A stretch of 64,000 nt of DNA from a virus. Every line of letters begins with the position of its first letter. Within the stretch, counting starts at the first letter, position 1. Both the position numbers and the translations under genes were made by a program. Shown one piece after another: positions 1 through 8,721 of the stretch. The stretch is from the IMG/VR virus record IMGVR_UViG_3300037567_000704, positions 1 to 64,000 of that record. One strand, given 5' to 3'. The notes beneath the pieces are model-generated. The model was not told the DNA's origin, did no database searches, and was given only the letters and a program-made list of their open reading frames with translations.

Positions 1-2
1 CT

Positions 3-896
3 CCGTTCAGATGGCATGAAGAGCCAAATCTGGCATTGACTCCTAGACGCTATTTCCCATTTCACCCTCATGATGACGTTCAGAGGGTTGTTGATTACAA
101 TGGAGGGTTGTATCAGAGGATTCTATCTAGCGGGGCCACTAAGATGCTCTATGTCTTACCAGAACCAGATGGAAGTAGATTGGTTTGGCGAGATAGGTCT
201 GGGGGAATCACCTCTGGTGGTATAGCGCCAAACGACGAATGGCTTCCTAAAGGGCCGATAATCCTAGAAACGGCATCGAAGGATGGAGTCATACACGTGT
301 ATGATGTCATTATGCCGCGATATCCAGATTACACTCTAGAAGAGCGATTGACTGTATTTTCCGAGCATATTGCTGATTTCCCAGATGCCCCTTTGATAGT
401 CCACCAGCCGTCAACGATAGACAAAATGTCAGAACTTATCTCCACATTGGAATCTGATGCTCTTCTCAGATTTCCCAGCACGGCAGCCTTCGACCCATTC
501 AAATCAGGCGGCTTTGTGTTGATGACTTCACAAGCAAAGGCAATACTGCGACTACATTCAATCAGAAAAGTCACTGGTGACAGAACCGAAATTAAGGTAT
601 CTTGCTTGGATGGGTTTGATGACTTCATTCCTGTGGTAATGGCTGAAGTCACTGGTGACACTCAAAACCACTTACACCAGACGGTGTCGAGAATGACATC
701 TTTAACACCTGATGAACAATGGCAGGAAATAGAGTCTGAAATCGTTATCCCTCTCTCCATGATAGTTCCCTCTATGACACTCCCCTTCGCAATTGGGGAT
801 ATCATTCAAGATGCGTATGTATTGGAAGTGCGAGAGGACTTGGGTATCAGCGATATCACCCAATATGTGGATTTACTGCACAGAAGTGATGATTGA
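3..896 (+). CDS. ATP-dependent DNA ligase-like protein with degenerate motifs (5'-truncated by window edge)
   Basis: Frame is open from nt 3 (PFRWHEEPNLA...), so the true start lies upstream. Ligase-like motif order: LPEPDGSRL (motif I KxDG, Lys replaced by Pro), HVYDVI (IIIa), YTLEERL, then an OB-like C-terminus. Confidence 0.5.
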   Translation, partial: PFRWHEEPNLALTPRRYFPFHPHDDVQRVVDYNGGLYQRILSSGATKMLYVLPEPDGSRLVWRDRSGGITSGGIAPNDEWLPKGPIILETASKDGVIHVYDVIMPRYPDYTLEERLTVFSEHIADFPDAPLIVHQPSTIDKMSELISTLESDALLRFPSTAAFDPFKSGGFVLMTSQAKAILRLHSIRKVTGDRTEIKVSCLDGFDDFIPVVMAEVTGDTQNHLHQTVSRMTSLTPDEQWQEIESEIVIPLSMIVPSMTLPFAIGDIIQDAYVLEVREDLGISDITQYVDLLHRSDD

Positions 897-1297
897 TGGA
901 TATTTTTTCTTTAGGAATTGGGTTTTTGTGCTCAGACCTTAAGTTTCATGTTTCTGTGCAAAAAAGCACTACTGCGGCTTGTGGGTATCGAATAAATCGT
1001 TTCATTAGATGGCGTTCTCTTATAAAGCAACAACAAAAATCCCCAAATAACATGTTTTCTGTTTTAGATGATGTTTTGGGAAAGTTCGATTTACCCTTAC
1101 AGCAGAAGTATCATGACGGTGGGAATGTGATGAAGTTCATGGATTTCATAGAAGACATAGGCCTCGATAAATACCTATCCGACCATGATGGCTATCTATT
1201 GATGAAATGGATATTGGATAACCCACCTCCGAACAACTTTGAAGAATTCGTAGAGTGGGCAAAGGAGTTTGAGGCAAGTGCATATAAAGGCACATAA
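893..1297 (+). CDS. Hypothetical protein, possibly a degenerate single-motif LAGLIDADG fold
   Basis: N-terminus LGIGFLCSDLKFHVSVQKSTTAACGYRINRFIRW resembles the LAGLIDADG helix plus beta-hairpin; start overlaps the upstream stop. Confidence 0.4.
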   Translation: MMDIFSLGIGFLCSDLKFHVSVQKSTTAACGYRINRFIRWRSLIKQQQKSPNNMFSVLDDVLGKFDLPLQQKYHDGGNVMKFMDFIEDIGLDKYLSDHDGYLLMKWILDNPPPNNFEEFVEWAKEFEASAYKGT

Positions 1298-1308
1298 CAA
1301 GTAGTATG
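1283..1308 (+). promoter_or_regulatory. Putative archaeal TATA box for a leaderless rfc transcript
   Basis: TATAAA at 1283-1288, 23-26 nt before tandem ATGs at 1306/1309; no SD motif visible. Confidence 0.3.
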
Positions 1309-2307
1309 ATGTTCAGGGCTTGGAATGCTGTTGGGAGACCCTCAGAAATACACGAAATCGTGGGTCAGAAGAATTTCACCGATGATGCTAAGGAGTGGAT
1401 TGAGAACGCCTCTTATCCAGAAGCCTTGCTCTTCGTAGGCCCATCGGGAATTGGAAAGACCTCAGCAGCACGAGTCATTGGGATGAAGATGCTTGGTAAA
1501 CACGGTTACGACACCGATTTCTATGAATGCAATGCAAGTGACGATAGAGGGATTGATTTTGTCAGAGTATTCCTCAAACAAGCAGCGACAACAGCACCTT
1601 ATCAGGGTGATAGGAAAGTCATCCTTCTTGATGAAGCAGACGGATTGACTCCTGCGGCTCAAGATGCAGTGAGACAGATAATAGAGAACAACACTGGGAA
1701 TTGTCTCTTCATCTTCACTGCTAATGAGGGAAGTAAAATCCGACCTGCCATAAAGAGTCGATGTGTAGTCTATCAATTCAAACCGATTAACCCCGATGAA
1801 GGTAGTAAACACCTATTCAATGTGTGTGAAAAGGTAGGAGTGCCAAACAGCATATGTGTAAGTTGGAGCAAAGACTTCCCAAGACTCATTCGTTCAATGA
1901 ACGGTGACCTTCGTGCGTGCGTAAACATGTTAGAAGCCCTATCGCCGTATGAAGACTCACTCCACAAGAAGATTGGAGACATGGGTGATATTAGCAAAGC
2001 GGCCATAAGTGCCATGGCTAATGACTTCTTGAATATGAGAGTCCTATTCCACGACTCGATTGACCGAGGAAGAGACAAAGCGTTTGTCATGAGAAGTTTC
2101 TATCAGAACATCTCTACCTTCTTCAATTTCGATTCTGATGATTATACCACTTCTGATGATTATGATTTCTCTTCCGGCGATGAAAAGGTGTGGTCAATCA
2201 TGCGCGTTTATGGCGACATGATGAGAAACATTCATGAATGGCCGGACAGCGATTACGCATTCCTCGACTACTTCGTATCGAAGTTAGAAGGAGAGTTGAA
2301 ACAATGA
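1306..2307 (+). CDS. rfcS: Replication factor C small subunit (clamp loader AAA+ ATPase)
   Basis: Walker A GPSGIGKT, NASDDRGIDFVR box, Walker B LDEADGLT..AQ.A.R, SRC arginine finger, GDLRAC sensor 2. Confidence 0.93.
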   Translation: MMFRAWNAVGRPSEIHEIVGQKNFTDDAKEWIENASYPEALLFVGPSGIGKTSAARVIGMKMLGKHGYDTDFYECNASDDRGIDFVRVFLKQAATTAPYQGDRKVILLDEADGLTPAAQDAVRQIIENNTGNCLFIFTANEGSKIRPAIKSRCVVYQFKPINPDEGSKHLFNVCEKVGVPNSICVSWSKDFPRLIRSMNGDLRACVNMLEALSPYEDSLHKKIGDMGDISKAAISAMANDFLNMRVLFHDSIDRGRDKAFVMRSFYQNISTFFNFDSDDYTTSDDYDFSSGDEKVWSIMRVYGDMMRNIHEWPDSDYAFLDYFVSKLEGELKQ

Positions 2308-3617
2308 CAGAAGAATATGATTATGAAAAGAGCGATGAGAATGAAAGCCTACCGTCTGGTGTCCAAGAGCGTTTGGAAAAGCACGCAGAAAGAACCGGCG
2401 ACAAGATTGGTGAAGTGATTGCACACTTCTTGGGCTTCATTTTGAATGAACACAGTTGTGACAACTGGCGAGTTGAAGATGAAGACCTCTTGATTGACTG
2501 GGCTGAACAATGTTTCGTTCAATTAAGGAGAGGCACAGTAGGAGGGGGCTCTAACACAGTCACCTTCGTTGGCTGCTTCGTTGGTGTTGATGCAAACAAG
2601 AGAGACAGGAGAGCGGGCATGGTCAATAGGGCCACACGTGAGTTCATCATGGATGCTAAGGCAGCAGTAGATAGTGGTCGAGTAGGTATCTATGAGAAGA
2701 ACGATAGTTTCTGGAGCATCAAGGCTCAGAATGGTATGATTGAGACGAACGAACCTACCGAAGACACTCCCATTATGGGATTCAAAGTGGATAATAGATA
2801 TGTCTGTCTGATGGGTATGACTACAGGCAGACCGATGATGCCATCTCTGATGGGTAGGAATTACTATTTCGTAGGTAATGAGAAGAGCGAGTTCGACAAA
2901 GCCATTCAACTATGGCGAATAGATTCGCTAGGAGATGGTGTAGACCTTCAAGTGAAGATAGGAGTGCCCTGCAAAATTACAGTCAGACCTCCTAATCCAG
3001 AAGCAGCAGAAGGATGGAAGGATGTTCTTGGAACCAACAAGGGTTTCGAAAACAGCATCCAATACACAGACGATTTCGTAAGTGAGGAAGACAGGAAATT
3101 CCTTCATCCTCACAAGTTCTTAGCGACCGCAGATTTCCATGACCTGTATGTTTCCCTTGAGAGTCTAGGAGACGCATACAATGAGAGGCACAGGACATTC
3201 GAGATAAACGGAGAGGAAGGCAAGTCTGGTCCAGTAGTCATAACCAAGGGAACTGTTAGCAGACTCTCAACAGAAGGAAGAGAGAGTCCCTATGATGAGA
3301 CAGGAAGGAACTTCATGTTCAGTCTCTCTAATGTGGCTCTCCAAAGTATGTTCGGACAAGGAAGACGAGCAGAAGTCACCTGTTGGGTGAGTGGTGCTTG
3401 CTTCGACAACTCTAACCCGTTCATTTCAAGAAACGGAGACGAAGAGATAGAGTGGGCCGAGAAATCTACTATCCTTGTGATAGGGAGAGTAGCAATGAGT
3501 ATCGTTGATGGAGAGGAAGTCCCAAAGATAAATGTCTTCGGTGTCTATGCTGACCCAAGGAGAATCCGAAGGAGAACAAAGGGTGGAAACACAAACATTT
3601 CACAATTCATAAAATGA
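2304..3617 (+). CDS. Putative ssDNA-binding (RPA/OB-fold-like) replication protein
   Basis: Start reassigned to ATG 2304 (ATGA overlap with the rfc stop, GGAG upstream). Beta-rich 437-aa protein between clamp loader and recombinase-like ATPase; function inferred mainly from context. Confidence 0.4.
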   Translation: MTEEYDYEKSDENESLPSGVQERLEKHAERTGDKIGEVIAHFLGFILNEHSCDNWRVEDEDLLIDWAEQCFVQLRRGTVGGGSNTVTFVGCFVGVDANKRDRRAGMVNRATREFIMDAKAAVDSGRVGIYEKNDSFWSIKAQNGMIETNEPTEDTPIMGFKVDNRYVCLMGMTTGRPMMPSLMGRNYYFVGNEKSEFDKAIQLWRIDSLGDGVDLQVKIGVPCKITVRPPNPEAAEGWKDVLGTNKGFENSIQYTDDFVSEEDRKFLHPHKFLATADFHDLYVSLESLGDAYNERHRTFEINGEEGKSGPVVITKGTVSRLSTEGRESPYDETGRNFMFSLSNVALQSMFGQGRRAEVTCWVSGACFDNSNPFISRNGDEEIEWAEKSTILVIGRVAMSIVDGEEVPKINVFGVYADPRRIRRRTKGGNTNISQFIK

Positions 3618-3626
3618 GGTGATACA

Positions 3627-3890
3627 ATGGTAAGAAAAACAATAAGCGAAATGGAAAAAATAACATTGAAATTAGAGACGGAGAATATAGAGTTGAGGGG
3701 GAACTATGAAACTCTGTTGGAACAGGCACAACAACTACAGGGCTTGGCTACCAACAGACTGGTGTTCATTCGTCTCTTGGAAGGGTTTGCTAACGAAGTG
3801 AATCAGTCTCTTCAGAAACTGCAGAGAGATTTATTCGAACTGCAGAGAGGCGCAACGCCAGAAGAAGAGGAAGCGGTAGGTGGTGCTTGA
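3627..3890 (+). CDS. Small coiled-coil protein
   Basis: Heptad-like Leu/Gln/Glu pattern; GAGGTGA SD upstream. Confidence 0.65.
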   Translation: MVRKTISEMEKITLKLETENIELRGNYETLLEQAQQLQGLATNRLVFIRLLEGFANEVNQSLQKLQRDLFELQRGATPEEEEAVGGA

Positions 3891-4189
3891 TGGGTAAGAT
3901 AAAGCAGTTCTCTACAATCTTGACTTGCAAGTGTGTCGGAAGACCCGCCGCTGCGAACATAGAGGGTAGAATTAAATGTGAAAAAATAATTCAAATACCT
4001 GTTAATGAAGAGGGAGATGGGCCCATGGCTACTTCTTCTTTTCGTTTAATCCAAAAAGAAACTCAACCGTTCCTTGAAAAAGCAGGTTGGATGAAATTAA
4101 AGACGCTTGGATATTTTCAGCGTTTGTGTCCATCCTGTTCTAAGCATGTGCTAGCAAAGAGAGCACGCGATAAGGAGACGTGGGGTTAA
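3887..4189 (+). CDS. Hypothetical Cys-containing (Zn-binding) protein
   Basis: CKC...C...CPSC; overlaps both neighbours' stop/start codons. Confidence 0.55.
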   Translation: MMGKIKQFSTILTCKCVGRPAAANIEGRIKCEKIIQIPVNEEGDGPMATSSFRLIQKETQPFLEKAGWMKLKTLGYFQRLCPSCSKHVLAKRARDKETWG

Positions 4190-5205
4190 TGGCAGGTTTT
4201 GGTAAGGCCAAGGAATTGGAAGCAGGACTGAAGCCTAAGCCTAAGGCTAAGGCTAAGGCTAAGGCTAAGGCTAAGGCTAAGGCTAAGAAGAATGAGGAGG
4301 TTACTCATATAGATGTCTTCTCAGATTTGCGTGAGGAACTTAAGAGTCTGCATCAAACGAGACCGAAGACCCATCTGTTTGTTGGTGTAGCCGGTCATGA
4401 GAACAGTGGTAAGACTGCGATAATTCTCGATGCTTTCGTCAGAGATGAAGAGGCAACGAAGAATGAAGATACCTTTGATATCATAGATTTCGATGGTGGG
4501 GGCTCTGCTTCTGCTTCGGCATTCTACCCAGATAACGAGCGCATCAGATGCTGGGAACCTTGGGTCATGCAGAAGAACGACAGGACCGCATATGATTACC
4601 CAGAAACTCACAATCGTGTGATGAAGATACTCCAGTTCGCTCAACAGAGAGCGAGAGAACAGAACGAATCAGACTATGAAGGACCAAGATTGTGGGGCAT
4701 TCTCGTAACAGGCGTAGACCTATGGGACTCTGTCTGTGTGAACAACATGAGAATTGTAGACCTCAATCTCGCTAAGGACGGTATTGAAGCAGCAGACTGG
4801 AATAAGAAGGTAGGCCACCAATGGGATTGGGCTATCAGAAAGACAAGGTTCCATCAGATGACTGCGATTTGTCGTGGGCTTGTCAAGTTAGGAGTTCGTG
4901 TGTTCTGGGAAACACATTTGAGACTCACCAACTACTCATGGGGGAAGAACGAAGAGACCGCACAGTGGCGACCTGATTGGGAGAAGTCAAGCAACAACTA
5001 TGTCTTCCAGATTATTCTCTGTGAGAGGAAGGACTCCTATGATGAAGAATCTGGAGACATCGTGAAGAGCGAATTTACTGCAACATTCGATAAGTGTAAG
5101 ACCAATGCAACCTTGCAAGGACAGAAGAGAACCATCCTCGTAACCGAAGTTGGGAAGCCTCCTGTTTGGATAGGACTTCCAGAATTATCTGATGGAAGTC
5201 TATGA
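4189..5205 (+). CDS. RecA/RadA-superfamily P-loop ATPase (Sak4/AAA_24-like recombinase)
   Basis: Walker A GHENSGKT followed by IIDFDGG; start placed at ATG 4189 (TAATG overlap); basic N-terminal KA repeat. Confidence 0.7.
   Translation: MAGFGKAKELEAGLKPKPKAKAKAKAKAKAKAKKNEEVTHIDVFSDLREELKSLHQTRPKTHLFVGVAGHENSGKTAIILDAFVRDEEATKNEDTFDIIDFDGGGSASASAFYPDNERIRCWEPWVMQKNDRTAYDYPETHNRVMKILQFAQQRAREQNESDYEGPRLWGILVTGVDLWDSVCVNNMRIVDLNLAKDGIEAADWNKKVGHQWDWAIRKTRFHQMTAICRGLVKLGVRVFWETHLRLTNYSWGKNEETAQWRPDWEKSSNNYVFQIILCERKDSYDEESGDIVKSEFTATFDKCKTNATLQGQKRTILVTEVGKPPVWIGLPELSDGSL
4231..4287 (+). repeat. Coding hexamer microsatellite (AAGCCT)2(AAGGCT)7
   Basis: Perfect tandem hexamers encoding KPKP(KA)7K. 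Confidence 0.95.
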
Positions 5206-5955
5206 ATGACAGACTTCGTGGTGGGCCGAAACGAGGCAATAGCCTTCCTGTCCTCCTTCGGTGAACACACAGAAGATTTGTTGGTGAATGTGCACGACGG
5301 ACGACTTACTGGAACGGTGGGTTTCGACACCTTCTACTTCCGTAAACAAATAGTCATACCTCCTAACCAGATAAGCAAGGAAGGAGAGATTGGCCTCTCT
5401 GATTTGAAGAAGGTAATACAGTTCTGTAAGAAGAGCAAAGCCGATGGGGTCAGATTCTTTCAACAAGAACTAGGGAAGCAACTCACAATCAAATGTGGAG
5501 GTATGACTCTCAAAGTTCCTACCATGAAGGTGATGAACAGCCATGCTAAGGTTCCAGCAATCGAGAAGATAATTATGAAGACCGAAGAGAACATGTTCAC
5601 CTACTACAAAGAGACTCAACTAGAGGGACATGGTATCATAGATGTCTCTCAATTGAGAGCAGTATCTGGTTTCAAAAATTTCTTCACTTATCCTAATTTC
5701 CTCTTATCTCTACACCCAGAAGAAGGAGAGTTCTTCATTAAAGCAGGAAAGCGAGGCACTATGCAACTCACAATTGATACCGTATTGCTTGACGCAGAAG
5801 GACCTAACAAGAGGATAGAGAGCAAGTTCGGTAAGTGGTTGATGGAATGCTCTGGACTGTTAGATGAAGGAACGGCTTGGGTCCACATGGGTGAGAATAC
5901 CTTCCTTTTCCTAACGCAAGAGAATAACGTATTAGTGGTAAAGAATGAGGCTTAG
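5206..5955 (+). CDS. Putative sliding clamp (PCNA-like)
   Basis: 249 aa (PCNA size), alternating beta/alpha pattern, immediately upstream of PolB in an operon with RFC. No diagnostic motif seen. Confidence 0.55.
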   Translation: MTDFVVGRNEAIAFLSSFGEHTEDLLVNVHDGRLTGTVGFDTFYFRKQIVIPPNQISKEGEIGLSDLKKVIQFCKKSKADGVRFFQQELGKQLTIKCGGMTLKVPTMKVMNSHAKVPAIEKIIMKTEENMFTYYKETQLEGHGIIDVSQLRAVSGFKNFFTYPNFLLSLHPEEGEFFIKAGKRGTMQLTIDTVLLDAEGPNKRIESKFGKWLMECSGLLDEGTAWVHMGENTFLFLTQENNVLVVKNEA

Positions 5956-5957
5956 GT

Positions 5958-8336
5958 ATGATTGTAGATTGGTTTCATCCCGACTTCGATAAGAGTGAAC
6001 CACCCCACATATACGAGCGCACAAGAGGGGAGGATGGAATTCTCCATGAGAACCTCATACTACCAGAAGATGAAGGCTATGTTATGCCCTTCTGTTGGGT
6101 GAGGGAGGACATAAACCCAAGATTACAGTCAAGGGTATGTGCTGACTTCCCCCGAACCAACTTCCACTTCGATGAGCAAGCAGAAGGTATAGACGGAGTT
6201 CCTCTCATCAAGATGACAACAGTTTCACCAGATAACCTCTGGGAAATCAAAAACAGAATACCCACTTACGAAGCAGACATCAGTTACCAAGACCAATACA
6301 TCATCACAAGATACCCAGACGGAATACCAGAGTTCTTCCCAAGGATATGGTATTACGATTTAGAATGGGACGTTAAGGAAGGCTTCACCACAGTCATGGC
6401 TGTAGTTGATACCTATGAAGAACATCCTGTCGTCTTCGCATGGAGGGAAGGGCAGGAAGACACTATAGAATGGATAGACAGGTATGACGGCTATCTCCTG
6501 CACCTGTATGGTAGTGAAATGGAGATGCATGAAGGCTTCCTGCGATACCTAGACAAATGCAACCCTGACATCCTAGTCGCGCATGCAGGTAACTGGGCTG
6601 ACTTACCTCACTTGGTCAGAAGACTGGATAATCATCACAGACTGAGCCCATTACTCTACATGACTCCACTTAGAGAAGGAGGAAAAGACTTCTATGATGA
6701 TGTAGCACAACCCATACGAGGCAGACTTGTCTACGACAGTGCGGCTAGAGGGATGACTGGTAGTGGTTTCGAATCCATCTGGCAGAAGTCTGGCAAAGGA
6801 CAGATGTCCAGTAGAAAACTCAATTGGATTGCAAATGAATTAGAATTGGGAGAAAAACTGACCAATCGTATAAAGGGTATGACCGTCTTCAATGGGTGGG
6901 GAGAATACTTTGATGAGTTTGTAGATTACTGTCTCGTTGATGCCACACTACTGAGAGACATAGACCAGAAGTTGCATGCAATAGAATTCCAATTGGCAAT
7001 GCAGAAATTATGTGGTGTCTCTTTCCCAAGCACATGTAGAGTCACTCGATACTTTCGTGGTTTGATTGGTCGCCGCACATCATATAAAGCACCATCATCT
7101 AAGGCTATAATTCGAGAGGACCTCCAAGCCGCTTACATTCCAAAACCCAAAGCAGGAAGACATTCGAAAGTCGGACTCTTTGATTACGAATCACTCTACC
7201 CTAACATCATAATCAGTGACAACCTCTCTTGGGAGACCAAGCGCAGACATGCTGGGGATGGTATCAAGACCATAGGTAACGGGACACACTGGGACCAGAG
7301 TGAGCGTGGCCTTCTCCCATCCATAGTGCTTGAGATGCTAGCCTTGCGCGGGGAATACAAGACTCTCATGAAGAACGCAAAGAGCGAAGACGAGAGGCGT
7401 GGCTTCGACATGCTTCAAACGGCTACGAAGGTGGCGGTTAATGCAGTCTATGGAATGGTCGCTATGAAAAAGATAGGAGGAATGTGGTCTGACTTGGACA
7501 TAGGGAAGACCATTACTTATCGAGGGAGAGAGAGCATCAAGTTCCTCATGAGCGAGAGTGAGAAACTAGGATATACACCTCTCTATGGACACACTGATTC
7601 TGCATTCATACAGGTTCCATTCGATGAAGCACAGGCTTTGGCCGACCACCTCACTCAAGCAGCAAGAGAACAGTTAGACATGATTCATCTCAATGTCGAA
7701 CTCGAAACCTACTTTGACTACTGGACAAGCACTGAGACGAAGAACAGATATTTTGGTATCAAGACTTGGCCAAAGGAAGAGGCAGGTAAGATGAAGGTTA
7801 CAGGATTCGAACTCAAAGCAGCGAATGCTGCACCGATAAGCAAGATGGTGCAAGACGTAGCATTCAATCTCATAGGAACAGGGGCGACAGAAGAACAAGT
7901 CAATGCTGCTATCTATCCTATCATCAAAGCAGTGGAGAAAGGAGAGATATCCATCGAAGACCTAGCCCCATACGGGAGGGTCAAGAAGGCATTCTCTGAT
8001 TATCAAACGGTAGTGCCTATGGCTGCAAGAGCGGCGAAATACTACAACGATAACATGACCCCAGTAAATCCCTTCAGACAAGGAGACGGGGCTCAATGGG
8101 TGTATATCTCTAACACACCAGAGGACATGCCTAACGAGGTCGTGTTCCCTAAGAGAGCGAAGAATCTCAAAGCAAATGTGATAGCGTTCAGAGAGGCTTC
8201 GGAGATTCAAGAGTTTCCTATAGACTACGATGTAATCATCGTGAAGATGATACACAGAAAACTCGAATCAGTATACAACGCTATGGGATGGGAACTGAAG
8301 AATGCGTTAGCAGCGAGCAAGCCTGCTAGGTGGTAA
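5958..8336 (+). CDS. polB: Family B DNA polymerase with 3'-5' exonuclease domain
   Basis: ExoI YYDLEW, ExoIII YCLVD, motif A FDYESLYPNII, motif B KVAVNAVYG, motif C YGHTDS, KNRYFG, KVTGFE. Confidence 0.96.
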   Translation: MIVDWFHPDFDKSEPPHIYERTRGEDGILHENLILPEDEGYVMPFCWVREDINPRLQSRVCADFPRTNFHFDEQAEGIDGVPLIKMTTVSPDNLWEIKNRIPTYEADISYQDQYIITRYPDGIPEFFPRIWYYDLEWDVKEGFTTVMAVVDTYEEHPVVFAWREGQEDTIEWIDRYDGYLLHLYGSEMEMHEGFLRYLDKCNPDILVAHAGNWADLPHLVRRLDNHHRLSPLLYMTPLREGGKDFYDDVAQPIRGRLVYDSAARGMTGSGFESIWQKSGKGQMSSRKLNWIANELELGEKLTNRIKGMTVFNGWGEYFDEFVDYCLVDATLLRDIDQKLHAIEFQLAMQKLCGVSFPSTCRVTRYFRGLIGRRTSYKAPSSKAIIREDLQAAYIPKPKAGRHSKVGLFDYESLYPNIIISDNLSWETKRRHAGDGIKTIGNGTHWDQSERGLLPSIVLEMLALRGEYKTLMKNAKSEDERRGFDMLQTATKVAVNAVYGMVAMKKIGGMWSDLDIGKTITYRGRESIKFLMSESEKLGYTPLYGHTDSAFIQVPFDEAQALADHLTQAAREQLDMIHLNVELETYFDYWTSTETKNRYFGIKTWPKEEAGKMKVTGFELKAANAAPISKMVQDVAFNLIGTGATEEQVNAAIYPIIKAVEKGEISIEDLAPYGRVKKAFSDYQTVVPMAARAAKYYNDNMTPVNPFRQGDGAQWVYISNTPEDMPNEVVFPKRAKNLKANVIAFREASEIQEFPIDYDVIIVKMIHRKLESVYNAMGWELKNALAASKPARW

Positions 8337-8341
8337 TTGAA

Positions 8342-8533
8342 ATGAGTGAAGTGGAAGATGATGTATGCAAGAAGATACAAGCGAGAGCCGTAGTAGGATT
8401 AGAAAAGTATGGTGTGACGATGGAGCGAGAGGATTTCACTCAACTTGATTGGCTCACTTATCTACAAGAAGAACTTATGGATGCTGTTGTATACCTTCAA
8501 CGATTGATACAAGACGGAGAGGACGAGATATGA
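8342..8533 (+). CDS. Small MazG-like / all-alpha NTP pyrophosphohydrolase family protein
   Basis: G.EKYG....R.D....WL..LQEELMDAVVY pattern with an EExxD metal-binding helix. Confidence 0.6.
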   Translation: MSEVEDDVCKKIQARAVVGLEKYGVTMEREDFTQLDWLTYLQEELMDAVVYLQRLIQDGEDEI

Positions 8534-8721
8534 TGGATTACGATGCTATGACTAAAGACGAATTGATTACTGAAATAATGTTCTTGAAGGGGATTATACG
8601 AAAGGATAGGCTTCCAAGATTCAAACGGTGGTTGCAGTATGGTCATGTCACCAAGGAGAAACTCAAAGAGTACGGGGCAACCCAAGAACAAATTGACAAT
8701 TTTCCGAGGCCGATTAAATGA
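8530..8721 (+). CDS. Hypothetical protein
   Basis: ATGA overlaps at both ends; start reassigned to MMDYDAM after a GGAGG SD. Confidence 0.6.
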   Translation: MMDYDAMTKDELITEIMFLKGIIRKDRLPRFKRWLQYGHVTKEKLKEYGATQEQIDNFPRPIK

